Below, piece after piece: positions 38,374 through 49,060 of a DNA stretch of 64,000 nt. The notes under the pieces are model-generated. The model was not told the DNA's origin, did not search any database, and saw only the letters and a program-made list of their open reading frames with translations. Location: IMG/VR virus record IMGVR_UViG_3300020084_000003, positions 186,001-250,000 of that record; one strand, 5' to 3'. The number at the start of each line of letters is the position of its first letter. The first letter of the stretch is position 1. The position numbers and the translations under genes are program-made.

Positions 38374-39072
38374 TCATTTTACTATCTTAAACCTTTTCTC
38401 TTTGTCAAGTTCTTTTTGAACAAGAGCCTCGATTTCCTTAGCTTGTTTTTCAATACCTTGAATTATTGCATTCCAAGTCTCTATTCTCGGAGCATCTGGA
38501 TTTGCAGTGACATAGTAAACCAAATTACCATAAATTCTCAGCAAATTCTGATGGACCTTGAATAGTATGTTTTTGTCAACTTCAATTTCATAGAGGTTTT
38601 CTATTTCATCCATCAAGTTGACAAAATTTTGCTTACGCTTATTGTTGTCAGCAAAACCGTATAGGTCTAATAGAACTAATTCTTGTCCTTCATTAGACAT
38701 TGGTGCATGATTTATAGTTGTTAAAATATAATCTGCAACTTTCTCAGGCTGGATCACACCGAACGGCATGAATACCTTTTCTGGAATTGCAGAAAGATTG
38801 CCGATGACATTTTTAACAACACCATAAAAATCATATGCACTTCTAATTTCTTTATTATCTTCCTTGTCATAAACAATGTCATGGAAAAGAATTGCAACAT
38901 CCAAATTAATATCATAAGGAATTTTCAATTCTTGAGCGTAACTATACAAGTCTACAATGTGCTGCATGTTGTGATATGTGCGGCCTGTAGGGTTCATGTA
39001 TTTCATTGCTGCGTGATTCCATATACCATCTTTATTTAGTTTAGTCCAAGGTATATTGTCAATTATTTTCAT
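38374..39072 (-). CDS. HD-superfamily phosphohydrolase
   Basis: R.YHNMQH, AILFHDIVYD, E..SA. Confidence 0.75.
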   Translation of the reverse strand: MKIIDNIPWTKLNKDGIWNHAAMKYMNPTGRTYHNMQHIVDLYSYAQELKIPYDINLDVAILFHDIVYDKEDNKEIRSAYDFYGVVKNVIGNLSAIPEKVFMPFGVIQPEKVADYILTTINHAPMSNEGQELVLLDLYGFADNNKRKQNFVNLMDEIENLYEIEVDKNILFKVHQNLLRIYGNLVYYVTANPDAPRIETWNAIIQGIEKQAKEIEALVQKELDKEKRFKIVK

Positions 39073-39359
39073 TTTTTACTCTTTTCATAATCAGCTATAA
39101 AACTCTTTAGTTTCTCTACATTTTTATCGTTTAGTAATACTTCTGTGTAATCATGTTGGCTGTCACCAATGACAAATATGTAACGCAAACCGTTTATAAT
39201 ACGTTTCCAAAAAGGTAGATAGGGATTTTTGGAAACTCCTATTGAAAACATAGGATAGTCTTCATCGTCTTCTTTTACCAGAATAATATTATGCTCCATT
39301 GAATGACAATCACATATCATAACAACGGAATAGTCATCATACTGCATCTTTTTGCTCAT
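39069..39359 (-). CDS. Hypothetical protein
   Basis: ICDCHS.EH, FWKRI..G.RYIF. Confidence 0.55.
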   Translation of the reverse strand: MSKKMQYDDYSVVMICDCHSMEHNIILVKEDDEDYPMFSIGVSKNPYLPFWKRIINGLRYIFVIGDSQHDYTEVLLNDKNVEKLKSFIADYEKSKK

Positions 39360-39564
39360 TCTTATTCATCCATCTTTCAATAACTTCATCAAATTGATCG
39401 CCTTCCAAATCTTCCAGTAGACGGAAAACATTTGGGTCGTGCTGCTTAGTAAACAACTGAGTTCTAGTAACCCCATTTATAGAAGACAAGTCTACATAAT
39501 TATTATAATCCAAAACATGAGTTCTATAAATGCTCAATGCTATATTTTCTGCATTTTTTTCCAT
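39337..39564 (-). CDS. Hypothetical protein
   Basis: Fills the operon. Confidence 0.45.
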   Translation of the reverse strand: MEKNAENIALSIYRTHVLDYNNYVDLSSINGVTRTQLFTKQHDPNVFRLLEDLEGDQFDEVIERWMNKNEQKDAV

Positions 39565-39570
39565 ATTAGT

Positions 39571-39852
39571 CTATCCAAACAATCTATTCTCATTTAATAT
39601 TCTTGCGTAAACATCGCCATGACACAGCTTTGGTTTGCACCAACATGCCAGTGTCTTATCTTGAAGTTCTGCTAGAACACTATCATACAACTCAGGGGTT
39701 GTCAAGAGATAGTTTTCGAATTTTTTCAAAACTAATTCTCTGTCATTATTGAAATCTATCAACTTAAATGGATTTCCCCATTTTGTAGTTCTGTCTATCA
39801 AAACAACATTATCATACAAATGTCTATGTTTTACATGTATAACTCTAATCAT
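39571..39852 (-). CDS. DUF4326 family protein
   Basis: IDR.TKWGNPF, LACWCKP..CHGDV. Confidence 0.85.
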   Translation of the reverse strand: MIRVIHVKHRHLYDNVVLIDRTTKWGNPFKLIDFNNDRELVLKKFENYLLTTPELYDSVLAELQDKTLACWCKPKLCHGDVYARILNENRLFG

Positions 39853-40412
39853 AAGTTGTCATACCATTCTTTCCAAGTCTTTCTGGAAACAGAAGAATAT
39901 TTCTCTTCAAATCCTACATCCGCGTCTGTGTTGTCCAAGTCTGTATGTTTGATATGGAAGAATGCGGATGCACCTTTCTCTATATTGCATAGATTTTCTA
40001 TGGGATGTAATTCATCTGCGATCTTCATTAGCTCACCAGAACCTTCAAAAAATTCGCCTCTCCAATCAATTCTTAGACCAAAACACATTACCGATATGTT
40101 CCAATTATCAACCAAAAATGCCAAGTCCCATATTTGTTCTTTGGTAAAGAATTGTGCTTCATCGCAAAGAATATAATCGGGTTTCTTCTTCCTAGATTTC
40201 AATACTTTATCACTAATCTTTTCATCTGATTTCAGAGAAATGCAATCCACCGATAGCCCAAGTCTAGTTTCTATTTTGTTTGATCTTGTATCTATCGCAG
40301 GCTTCACTGCGACAACATTAAATCCTCTTTCTTTTAACATGTAATGCTTTGTTATCAAAGAAAGAGATTTGCCACTATTCATAGAGGCGTAGTAAAAAGA
40401 TAATTTTGCCAT
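39849..40412 (-). CDS. tk: Thymidine kinase
   Basis: ASMNSGKS, KPAIDTR, CDEAQF, FGLRIDW.GE.FEGS. Confidence 0.92.
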   Translation of the reverse strand: MAKLSFYYASMNSGKSLSLITKHYMLKERGFNVVAVKPAIDTRSNKIETRLGLSVDCISLKSDEKISDKVLKSRKKKPDYILCDEAQFFTKEQIWDLAFLVDNWNISVMCFGLRIDWRGEFFEGSGELMKIADELHPIENLCNIEKGASAFFHIKHTDLDNTDADVGFEEKYSSVSRKTWKEWYDNL

Positions 40413-40414
40413 TT

Positions 40415-40813
40415 TCAGTCCATAATAAGAGGGATGATGTATTTAAGATTAGAAACACATCTTTCCCAATCTATGTTTTCCAAATCTACTATGAAAAGTT
40501 CTTCTGCGTTCGGATCATCAGAAGTGAAAATTATACTGTCGTAAAAATCTTCATCTACATTAGTAAAGAATATATGTAGTATTGCATTCGGATATTTTAT
40601 AACGGCAAACTCATACCACTCAATATCTCTAGAATCACCAGTTTCTTCAAGGTATTCCCTGCACATTGCTCTTTTTGGTGTCAAGTCTATAGGTTCAATT
40701 TTACCACCCAATCCATTGAGCTTGTTTTCTAAGTATTTTCCGCCTCGATTTTTCTTTTGCAGCAGTATTTTGTTCCCCTTTAAGAAGACAAATCCTAAAA
40801 CATATTCCTTCAT
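40415..40813 (-). CDS. Nudix hydrolase
   Basis: NGLGGKIE......AM.REYLEETG. Confidence 0.85.
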   Translation of the reverse strand: MKEYVLGFVFLKGNKILLQKKNRGGKYLENKLNGLGGKIEPIDLTPKRAMCREYLEETGDSRDIEWYEFAVIKYPNAILHIFFTNVDEDFYDSIIFTSDDPNAEELFIVDLENIDWERCVSNLKYIIPLIMD

Positions 40814-40845
40814 GTTCGAACTCCATAATATTTCATATGATTTGG

Positions 40846-40874
40846 ATCATACCATAGCAGATTGCCGTAGTCAA
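40846..40874 (-). promoter_or_regulatory. Sigma70-type promoter
   Basis: TTGACT-17nt-TATGAT. Confidence 0.7.
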
Positions 40875-40894
40875 GCTTGATGATTTTTAAAATA

Positions 40895-40921
40895 AAAATG
40901 GTGGGCATTGCCCACCATTTT
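40895..40921. terminator. Terminator ending the appendage cluster
   Basis: AAAATGGTGGGC-ATT-GCCCACCATTTT. Confidence 0.8.
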
Positions 40922-40925
40922 CTTC

Positions 40926-43900
40926 TTATACTGTTGTTCCTAGAGGATACATGCGGTCTGCCCTGAAATTTCTTATCCAAGCTGAATTCAATTCAACTCT
41001 TGAAGATGCTTTCAAACCAACTCTAGTTCCCATTGGAGCATTTGCCGGAAGTTGATATAGACCATGATCTGACATTGATGTGTTTTCTATTAAACCAAAG
41101 GTATTGGTTCCATTAACTCTCAGAACGTAAGGATCAGGGTTGACACTCACAAGCTTTATTGTTCTGCCATCTAGATGTATGTCAATTCTGTTTGTTGTAT
41201 TTTGGAACATTCCAAGAGTAGTCCAAACACCATTAACTACCATCATTATAAAACTTCCTGTTGGGTTAGGGTGATCCCTTCTTCCCCATACCATGTAGTT
41301 GTTTTCATCAACAATTCTGAATGCAAGACCACCAGCATCACCCCAACCACTTAGATTACAAGAAATAATCATATCAGGAGAACCAAGATCAACTCTAGAA
41401 TAAAGCGCCCTTTGTGATGTTCCCACGGCTGAACGAGTGGTGTTTGATGTTACTTGAATAGACCCTGCTGTTCCACTTCCAACAATTGACCAGTTTGGAT
41501 TGCTTTCTAGTGGACCGTCAGCCATTTCAAAATTATCATAAACGCTTGAAACCACGTTTGTTGTAGAACGAACAATAACTTGATGCTCTCTGGTTACGGT
41601 ATTACCCCAACAATCAGTTGCTCTAATGTTAACTGTATATGTTCCAACAGGTCTTGTTCCATTATTTGCGAAACGCAATATTCTTCCCATTGAAGCAAGT
41701 TGGAACATGTCTGAGTTTGCACCCGGAACAATTTCAATGCTAACATTTGGCTCATTAATCAAAATATCATGAGACAAAGTGCGTCCAGCATTTGCGTTAA
41801 CCACGGTATGAGACAAAAATTCTAGTTGTTTTACAACTGGTTTCAAAGGCGGCGCATTACCATCAATTAATTCAGGTTCATCAGCCCATCTTGCCAATGG
41901 TGGAGGGCCACCACGATCATAGAATTGCAAGAATTCCAATGCACTACTGCCTGTAGGAGTAGTAATTGTAAAATCAATCCATGTGACTGCACGGGCATGT
42001 GTAACTCGGTCAGCATTGAACATATGAACGCGAGTTCTCCAAACACCGTTATCCAACCAGCAACCATTACGTCTAATGATATCATCACCGTGAACTTTGA
42101 ACAATGTTCTTTTTGGCGTTCTAGAGTTATAACCATTAGGGAATGTTTCTGGTGAATGGAAGCTTGGGAATAGATAAGGTCCAGCGCAGTCAATCCAAAC
42201 ACCACTAATTGATATTCCACCACGACTTCCTAATGTAATATTTGTGCTAACATCAGAATCCAGAACAAATACCGGCGCGGCTCCAACTGCAATAGCACTA
42301 TGGCCTGCTGGATAACCTGTGCCTAGTGGTTGTCTGTTAGGATCGGTTGGTTGAATTAATAGTGGATAATTCAGTGGCAATGCAGAAAGAGGTTGCGAAT
42401 CATATGAACGCAAAATCCATGAATCGGCATTGGTTGGGTGTCTTGTCCACGGTCCCATAATTCCAAATATACCTAATTCTCTGGCTCTTGTTTCTGTTAT
42501 AGTTCTATATGAAGTGCTTTCTCTTGCAGTGACATTTTCAAAAGTGCATTGAACAGTAACGCCTTTCCAGTTAAGTCCCATACCAGAATCTACAAATGCT
42601 CTATAATAGTTTTTCATATGCAAGAAGCTGAATGAGAAACCTTGAGACACAGTTCCCATTGTGACAACACGTGAAGTGTGCATCATATTCAATGGACCGA
42701 CATATAGAGATTTTGTAAACATATATTCACTGGAATACTGAGGAACCTCTATCGGATAAGGAACATCAATCATGTGGCATTTTTCAAATAATCCCGGTGT
42801 GGCATCATATTTTCTAACATCGCCGCCACGGTGAATAACAGAAATGCCGTGTGTGCAGGCATGACCTTCTACACCAAATACAGGCGGAATTTGAGGGCTT
42901 GTAACGGTAATATCTTCTTCAACCCAGACAGATTTGTATTCAGAGTTATCTCTGCTCCACCAAGATTGAATATCAGAAGAAATAAATCCGTCTGCCATTC
43001 TGATATCTTGCCAGCGAATCTGCCGAGTATTTCTTATCGGTTTTTGAGAATGCCATAGTGCAACATACTGACAACCAACACCGACACAATTTTTAAGTAA
43101 AATCATTCTTGATTGCAATTCGAATCCTACACCAGCATGTCCATTATGTCCAGTATAAAATTCTGCTCTGTCACCCCAAGATACACCTTCACCATTTCCT
43201 ATGCCGCCCATTGCCACACAGTTAATTGCTTGACCAATTTCATTGCCCAATTCCCAAACAAATCCTGCGCCTCTAAAATGAGAAACAAAACAATCTTCCA
43301 TTGCGCTTCTGGTTCCGTGAGCAACCAAAGCCCAACCCGGAATCGGAGGCGCACTTAATGGTGCATAAACACGAACGCCAACCACATCAACCATTCGTGA
43401 TGATTTATATGGACCACCTGACCAGTGTAAGTGGAAAGCCCATTTTCCTGTTACGTTTAATGGATCGGTAAGCTCTGTTCCACCTTGAACATCATATAGT
43501 GGATTTACTGTAACTACACCACCAGCTAATTCTACTCTATATGGAAATACTGTGTGTGGTGTATTTAATGTTGGATTAGTATCAGAACGACCAAAGTTTT
43601 TAAAAGCTGCATAACGAATTGAAACGTCATCGGTTCCCATTGGCATGAAATGCGGTCTTTTTTGCAAGTTAGTCAAATCTGCGGTCGGATCAATGGCACC
43701 GTCTTCTTCTTGTGAAGCCGCTCTAAATAAAATTGATGCATAATTGTTGCTGACGCAAGGCGCTACGGTTACGACTTCTGAGTTAGGTAATGTTGAAGTT
43801 TCCCCAAAATGGTTTCTTGACAATGGTCGGTTTATTCTAACCATATCATTTGCCATGACTTCGGTTACAGTCACTTCTTCATTGTAATTAAGTTGGAATT

Positions 43901-44834
43901 TATTTAGAACTACAGAACCAATTCTTGCCAAAGAACTCCAATAACGAGATGGGCCGGTATATGTTGGATCATTTGCAGCTAGTGGTCTATATTCACGTGA
44001 ACCTATTGTCAAGACATGGCCGACTGCCCCACCACCAGCAGCAAAGCCGGGTATGTGTATTACAGTAGCATTTTGTGGTGCGCCGGGAAGTGTTTGTGGA
44101 GATATAACACCAAGACGATAATTGGCACGAATTTTTGCACCAACAATACGGGTTGGACCCATCGGCATCATTCCCAATTTACCTGTATCTAAAGGTAATT
44201 CAACCGGATGAACAATAAATTCATGTTTTGGTCTTCCGGCAACTTCGCTTAAACCTTCATCCCATATATTTGTAATACCCATCCACATATATGTGCAAAA
44301 ACGAATTCTTGTGTGAGTATTTGGATCGACGGTTAAAGTTGCGTCAACTGGACCACCAATCCAGTTCAATATTACATCTGATTGTTCATCTAATATTAAT
44401 CTCATGTTGCTTCCACCCCAAACCGAATCACCAGTTTGTGGTTTTGTTCCAACATCCCATATTGAAGGGTCTGACCATCTACCAGATTTAATCTGCCTGT
44501 GAGTTATTTGTCCCATTGCAGGCATTGGGTGAGTTTTGGTATTGATAAACTCCGCTCTTCTATTTTTATAATATTCTTTAGGAGTAAATGTAGTTTTACC
44601 ATTTCCTGTAATTCTAATTTCAGGAATTCTACCTGTTACCGTAACACTTGGTTTTGTTCTAACCGCTGTCCACGGTCCTGTGGCAGAAGTCTTTGACCAT
44701 TCTACTAGAGTATTTGGCGGAAGATTGGCAATTGTTCCCCATTTTCCATTTCGTTTTACTTCTAGCTCAATCTCAGTGACTGTGCCAGCAGGATTGCCGT
44801 TTTGTGCGGCAATTCGCCACCATATCTTAGCCAT
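40926..44834 (-). CDS. Large virion appendage protein: G8 domain, beta-helix (depolymerase-like), cadherin/Ig and lectin-like C-terminus
   Basis: SGRWSDPSIW...P..GDSV (G8), G+W.FHLH, ELGNEIG, GHAGVGF beta-helix motifs; YTVNIRATD. Confidence 0.65.
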   Translation of the reverse strand: MAKIWWRIAAQNGNPAGTVTEIELEVKRNGKWGTIANLPPNTLVEWSKTSATGPWTAVRTKPSVTVTGRIPEIRITGNGKTTFTPKEYYKNRRAEFINTKTHPMPAMGQITHRQIKSGRWSDPSIWDVGTKPQTGDSVWGGSNMRLILDEQSDVILNWIGGPVDATLTVDPNTHTRIRFCTYMWMGITNIWDEGLSEVAGRPKHEFIVHPVELPLDTGKLGMMPMGPTRIVGAKIRANYRLGVISPQTLPGAPQNATVIHIPGFAAGGGAVGHVLTIGSREYRPLAANDPTYTGPSRYWSSLARIGSVVLNKFQLNYNEEVTVTEVMANDMVRINRPLSRNHFGETSTLPNSEVVTVAPCVSNNYASILFRAASQEEDGAIDPTADLTNLQKRPHFMPMGTDDVSIRYAAFKNFGRSDTNPTLNTPHTVFPYRVELAGGVVTVNPLYDVQGGTELTDPLNVTGKWAFHLHWSGGPYKSSRMVDVVGVRVYAPLSAPPIPGWALVAHGTRSAMEDCFVSHFRGAGFVWELGNEIGQAINCVAMGGIGNGEGVSWGDRAEFYTGHNGHAGVGFELQSRMILLKNCVGVGCQYVALWHSQKPIRNTRQIRWQDIRMADGFISSDIQSWWSRDNSEYKSVWVEEDITVTSPQIPPVFGVEGHACTHGISVIHRGGDVRKYDATPGLFEKCHMIDVPYPIEVPQYSSEYMFTKSLYVGPLNMMHTSRVVTMGTVSQGFSFSFLHMKNYYRAFVDSGMGLNWKGVTVQCTFENVTARESTSYRTITETRARELGIFGIMGPWTRHPTNADSWILRSYDSQPLSALPLNYPLLIQPTDPNRQPLGTGYPAGHSAIAVGAAPVFVLDSDVSTNITLGSRGGISISGVWIDCAGPYLFPSFHSPETFPNGYNSRTPKRTLFKVHGDDIIRRNGCWLDNGVWRTRVHMFNADRVTHARAVTWIDFTITTPTGSSALEFLQFYDRGGPPPLARWADEPELIDGNAPPLKPVVKQLEFLSHTVVNANAGRTLSHDILINEPNVSIEIVPGANSDMFQLASMGRILRFANNGTRPVGTYTVNIRATDCWGNTVTREHQVIVRSTTNVVSSVYDNFEMADGPLESNPNWSIVGSGTAGSIQVTSNTTRSAVGTSQRALYSRVDLGSPDMIISCNLSGWGDAGGLAFRIVDENNYMVWGRRDHPNPTGSFIMMVVNGVWTTLGMFQNTTNRIDIHLDGRTIKLVSVNPDPYVLRVNGTNTFGLIENTSMSDHGLYQLPANAPMGTRVGLKASSRVELNSAWIRNFRADRMYPLGTTV

Positions 44835-44864
44835 CTATATACTCCTTTGTTTTTATTTCTTTTA

Positions 44865-44872
44865 TATTTATA
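44865..44872 (-). promoter_or_regulatory. T4-type late promoter
   Basis: TATAAATA. Confidence 0.7.
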
Positions 44873-44893
44873 TAATGATGGCGAGTAATTTTA

Positions 44894-46447
44894 TTACCAA
44901 ACTCTAATGTTATCAAACTCATTGTAGTTGCCTGTTTGATCGGCACCGGCCATTATTACCAAATAATGGGTTGTCTGTGTGGCAACAAAAGTATTTGTTA
45001 TTGTTCCTATTGTCATAACATCATTCACACGGAATCTCTCTCCCGAATATGAAGTTCCGCCAGTGTTAAACACCCCAATCATGGCACCAAATCTGTTTAA
45101 TGCTGTTTGATCCACGCTGACGTTATAAGTTCTACCAACTGTCAACCCGGAAAGAGTTCTAACAACATAAGGATAAACTCTGTTTGCTGATGAAGTCAAT
45201 CTCATGCGTCCTAACACAAGGCTAAGTCTCGCTGCGTCTACGCTAACTGCCCATCCGTTATTGGTATCTGGTGAATATGCTGTATATCCGTTGGTGTTTG
45301 AGTCAAAGGTATCATTTATAACATAAACAATAGGCGCTGTTGTGACGCGGAATGTTGATGCTACACCACCTATTGTCAAAACACCATTGGTTTCTGTATT
45401 TGCTGTAGATGAAGACATTACTCTCATACGAACCAAATCATAAGGCAAAACTGAACCAGCAGTGTTTACAAATGTTCCTCCATTTATAGAATAACTACCA
45501 CCGGTCACACTAATAGGTGTTGGTCCATTTATTCCAGTAATTTCAACGTTACTTGAACTTGTATCTGTTGATAATGATGCACCAGTTATATTTGTAAATG
45601 TAAACGCATTAGGAACAGTATCAACTACAAGGTTTACACCAGAAGCTACGCGAACTGCACTTGCCAAAAGATTGAAACCGCGTCTTGTTAAATGCAAACC
45701 ATCTGTAAAATAAACTGTGTTTAATGGATCAGAAAACTCACTTATAGCTTCAAAATCTACTACAGTATATTCTAGATTTGATGCGTTTGATCTTATCCAG
45801 TTATTGAAACCAACTCTCAAAGTTTCACGTGCAGTAGTGAAGTTGGCAACTCTAAGTAGAGTTCCAACCAAGACTTTATATCCTGCGGCTTTTGCTTTGT
45901 TTATATATGAAGTCATCGAGTTTCTAAGTGCAGTTTCAGTAATACCAGAAGTATTCATGATATCGTTAATTCCGCCAAGGATCACTAATGTATTTCTTCC
46001 ACTTGAGCTATATTGTGTAGGAACGTTTCTAGACGCAAATGTGCTGTCCATTTCTGCTAATGTTCTTCCACTCACGCCCAGATTTGTCATAGGTAATCCG
46101 GTGATAGTAGCAAGCTGCGAAGGATAAGACGGAGTAACGCCATATCCTTCTGTTATGCTATCGCCGTCCAACACATAACCAAGAGTAGCAACTAATCCTA
46201 TTCTTAAACTTCTAGTTATTGTTGCCGGTGTTGCTGATCCGTTTTGTGCGACCCATACTGCACTGTAAAGACCCTCTGGCGCATTATTATAATTTCCGCC
46301 TACAACAGTCCCAGAAACGCTATCTGTTATTGGGGATGAAATTGATGTAAGATTGACAGGTGATCCATTAAAGGATAAGGTCAAAGTTAGACTAGGGTCT
46401 GGAATCCCTGCTATCTTTGTTGGCGGTGTTATTATAAGATTTGCCAT
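44894..46447 (-). CDS. SGNH/GDSL esterase-containing appendage protein with beta-sandwich domains
   Basis: GDSIT, GVSG, GGIND, DGLH catalytic blocks. Confidence 0.8.
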   Translation of the reverse strand: MANLIITPPTKIAGIPDPSLTLTLSFNGSPVNLTSISSPITDSVSGTVVGGNYNNAPEGLYSAVWVAQNGSATPATITRSLRIGLVATLGYVLDGDSITEGYGVTPSYPSQLATITGLPMTNLGVSGRTLAEMDSTFASRNVPTQYSSSGRNTLVILGGINDIMNTSGITETALRNSMTSYINKAKAAGYKVLVGTLLRVANFTTARETLRVGFNNWIRSNASNLEYTVVDFEAISEFSDPLNTVYFTDGLHLTRRGFNLLASAVRVASGVNLVVDTVPNAFTFTNITGASLSTDTSSSNVEITGINGPTPISVTGGSYSINGGTFVNTAGSVLPYDLVRMRVMSSSTANTETNGVLTIGGVASTFRVTTAPIVYVINDTFDSNTNGYTAYSPDTNNGWAVSVDAARLSLVLGRMRLTSSANRVYPYVVRTLSGLTVGRTYNVSVDQTALNRFGAMIGVFNTGGTSYSGERFRVNDVMTIGTITNTFVATQTTHYLVIMAGADQTGNYNEFDNIRVW

Positions 46448-46468
46448 AGATCAATCCTCCAAAATCTA

Positions 46469-49039
46469 TTAACTTATAGTTGGGTCTGTAGAATGTATAA
46501 CAATTTCGGATTCGTTGGCAGTTACACTATATTCATCCAAATCATTATTGGTTTCTTCTATTTGTAAACTACCACCAGAAAGTTCCGGGTCTGTAATAGC
46601 TGTATTTATGGTAGCACTTGCTGTCTGAGAAACATTTGTTGCAACAATATTAGATGCTCTTTCAGTCCATACCATCTGTCCATGTGTTACAGGAACATAT
46701 GTGAAAGGATCACCGTTATCTCTAGTCACTACAACTTCGCCAGCAACAGATAATGTTCTGGTATATGTTATTGGTGTAGCACCTGTGAATGTTCCCGGTG
46801 TTATAGTAAATGTTTCTCCAACTGTCGCTGTAGATGGAGTTATTTGTGGTTGTGTCGCAGGGGTCGGCGGCTGTATGGCTTCACCGTCAGGATTCATTCC
46901 AAAAACAGGTATGTTCCACTTAACCGCAATATCTCTCATCGCCTTTGTTATATTGGCTGGTGATTTTGCTGTATTTTGAACCAACAGTTCATAAAAATCT
47001 AAATTGCCTTGCTCACCAAGTTGAGGCTCACTGCCTGTTTGTATACCTCTATCAGAAAATAGGCTAAACATTACGTTTGATCCTATAACATCTGTTTGTT
47101 GTGTAACAAGGTTTGCAACAGGCTCAGAAACATTTGTATCCCATACAGTAACTCGCATACCATCATATCTGACTGCAACAATTCTAGGGACGTTTACTGA
47201 GTTTGCATGGTTCCAGTTAACGTCATTTCCAAAAGTTCTATCAATTGATCTTCTCATGGTCGATTGTGTTGAACCATTTACCAAACCGGTTGTGTGAATG
47301 CCAGAGTTAATCTGACCACTAAGCGCCCAAACATAACTTGATCTTGTATCAGTTGGCTTATACGCCATGATGATAGTGTATGGTCTGTTTAATCCTCTAA
47401 TAATATCTAAAAGGGAAGCTGTAGAATTTTCAAATCTGCTTCTGTCATTAGTGTTTATTCCCGTTGAAGTTATCCTCAATGCTTGCAAACCATTTTGGGC
47501 ATTTGTAACCAATGTTCTTCCTGATTCGGCCCCTGCCCCTGTGAAGTTTCCGCCACTAGATGCTCTTTTGTTTATAATAGTTGCAACCGCCTCTGGTGTG
47601 GTGACGCTCATGGTAATTCTTGTTTGGTCGGACATATCCAGCCAAACAGAAGAATCATTCCATGTTGAATAGTCTGAAACCTCTTCATGAGCAACGTTTA
47701 CTGTTGTAGTTATAACTAAAGGTTGCCCCACGCCATTATCTACAGTAACTATAAAATCTAGTGGACCCGCAACTGTGCTTCTAAATGTTCTATTTCCATA
47801 GTTGAATCTATCGGTAACATCAACACCATTTTGAACAATTCTTCTGCTAACTTTAATGGGCGCTGTTCCACCGAATTCTCCACTATTAAAAGTAAATGTA
47901 GTTCCAACTGCACCAGATGATGGCGTTATAGACGGTTGTGTGGTCACGGTAGGTGCGGTAGGAGTAGAAGGCGCTGCAATGGTGTTATTTGAACCAATTA
48001 TCATTGGAGGCATGTTTCTAAACGGATGGTCAATTGGCAATGCTTCTCTTCCGCCGTAAAGCCAAGCTGCATATCCAGAAAGCAATGTTTTTTCTTCTAG
48101 AGTCAATAATCTAGTAAATACTAACACTTGGCATCCATGACCACCCCAAGATGAAATGCTTCCAGCTTTACCCCACATGGATAGACCAAAATCTCTAAAA
48201 ATGTTGGTTCTCCATTCTATCAATTTTGTTGGAAATAGAATGCCGGGAGAATGATCCCTGTCACTATTACCAGCATAATCAAATGCGCTACCTTGGCCTT
48301 GCGTATTCCATCCGAATTCATTTGAATACATCGCCAACTGTCTCCAATCGTTGGAAGTATTTGAGACAGAAGCCAAAATATTTGTAGCTGACGGCAAGCT
48401 GTTGTCTTGCGCTCTTGCTATTATAAATGCAGTTGCAGCATTTGGAATGTTAGGAGCCATTAATCTACGTCTACTAACACTGTCAACTGGTGAATAAATT
48501 GTTCTTTGTCCTTCCAATGTTCCAACTCTAGGAATATCATTTGAGGCTGTTGGAACTGTAGCAACTATATTATTCCACCTATCTGTGACGCCTGTTGTTA
48601 AAGTTGGATCATTTGCGTCCAAAACAGCATGGCGCATATCGAACCATGCTGCACGTGCAGTTGGATCAATTGCGTTTGGTGTCCACATTTGAATTGAATT
48701 ACTATCGCCACATTTAATTTCTGCACCTTCATGCTGCATGGTTAATACAAAAGTATTTCCTGTAGCATTAGGTATAGCAACACCGTTTGCAGTCCATTGT
48801 CCCGCAATTGTTGAAGAGTAAGTAGAGCCTGCATAACCACTACCAGAGGATATTGAAATGACCGGTGCTTCAACATTTTCTATATCTAATGTTGTTCTTT
48901 CAATATATTCACCGACAGTTCTAATTTGCAAGTTAACGCCAGAAGGATAACTACTTACAGAAAAGTTTGTTGTGCCGGGATAATAAGTCCATTCACCATC
49001 TGGTCCAACTCGGACTAGCACACCTGATATATTAGGCAT
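46469..49039 (-). CDS. Appendage protein with Ig-like and two LamG/ConA-like domains
   Basis: AWFD / VWLD.SD domain starts, GY.AW.YG...LP.DHPF, repeated P.ITPS...VG.TFT...G.F.G..PI Ig-like units. Confidence 0.55.
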   Translation of the reverse strand: MPNISGVLVRVGPDGEWTYYPGTTNFSVSSYPSGVNLQIRTVGEYIERTTLDIENVEAPVISISSGSGYAGSTYSSTIAGQWTANGVAIPNATGNTFVLTMQHEGAEIKCGDSNSIQMWTPNAIDPTARAAWFDMRHAVLDANDPTLTTGVTDRWNNIVATVPTASNDIPRVGTLEGQRTIYSPVDSVSRRRLMAPNIPNAATAFIIARAQDNSLPSATNILASVSNTSNDWRQLAMYSNEFGWNTQGQGSAFDYAGNSDRDHSPGILFPTKLIEWRTNIFRDFGLSMWGKAGSISSWGGHGCQVLVFTRLLTLEEKTLLSGYAAWLYGGREALPIDHPFRNMPPMIIGSNNTIAAPSTPTAPTVTTQPSITPSSGAVGTTFTFNSGEFGGTAPIKVSRRIVQNGVDVTDRFNYGNRTFRSTVAGPLDFIVTVDNGVGQPLVITTTVNVAHEEVSDYSTWNDSSVWLDMSDQTRITMSVTTPEAVATIINKRASSGGNFTGAGAESGRTLVTNAQNGLQALRITSTGINTNDRSRFENSTASLLDIIRGLNRPYTIIMAYKPTDTRSSYVWALSGQINSGIHTTGLVNGSTQSTMRRSIDRTFGNDVNWNHANSVNVPRIVAVRYDGMRVTVWDTNVSEPVANLVTQQTDVIGSNVMFSLFSDRGIQTGSEPQLGEQGNLDFYELLVQNTAKSPANITKAMRDIAVKWNIPVFGMNPDGEAIQPPTPATQPQITPSTATVGETFTITPGTFTGATPITYTRTLSVAGEVVVTRDNGDPFTYVPVTHGQMVWTERASNIVATNVSQTASATINTAITDPELSGGSLQIEETNNDLDEYSVTANESEIVIHSTDPTIS

Positions 49040-49060
49040 TATATGCTCCTTTATTATTCA

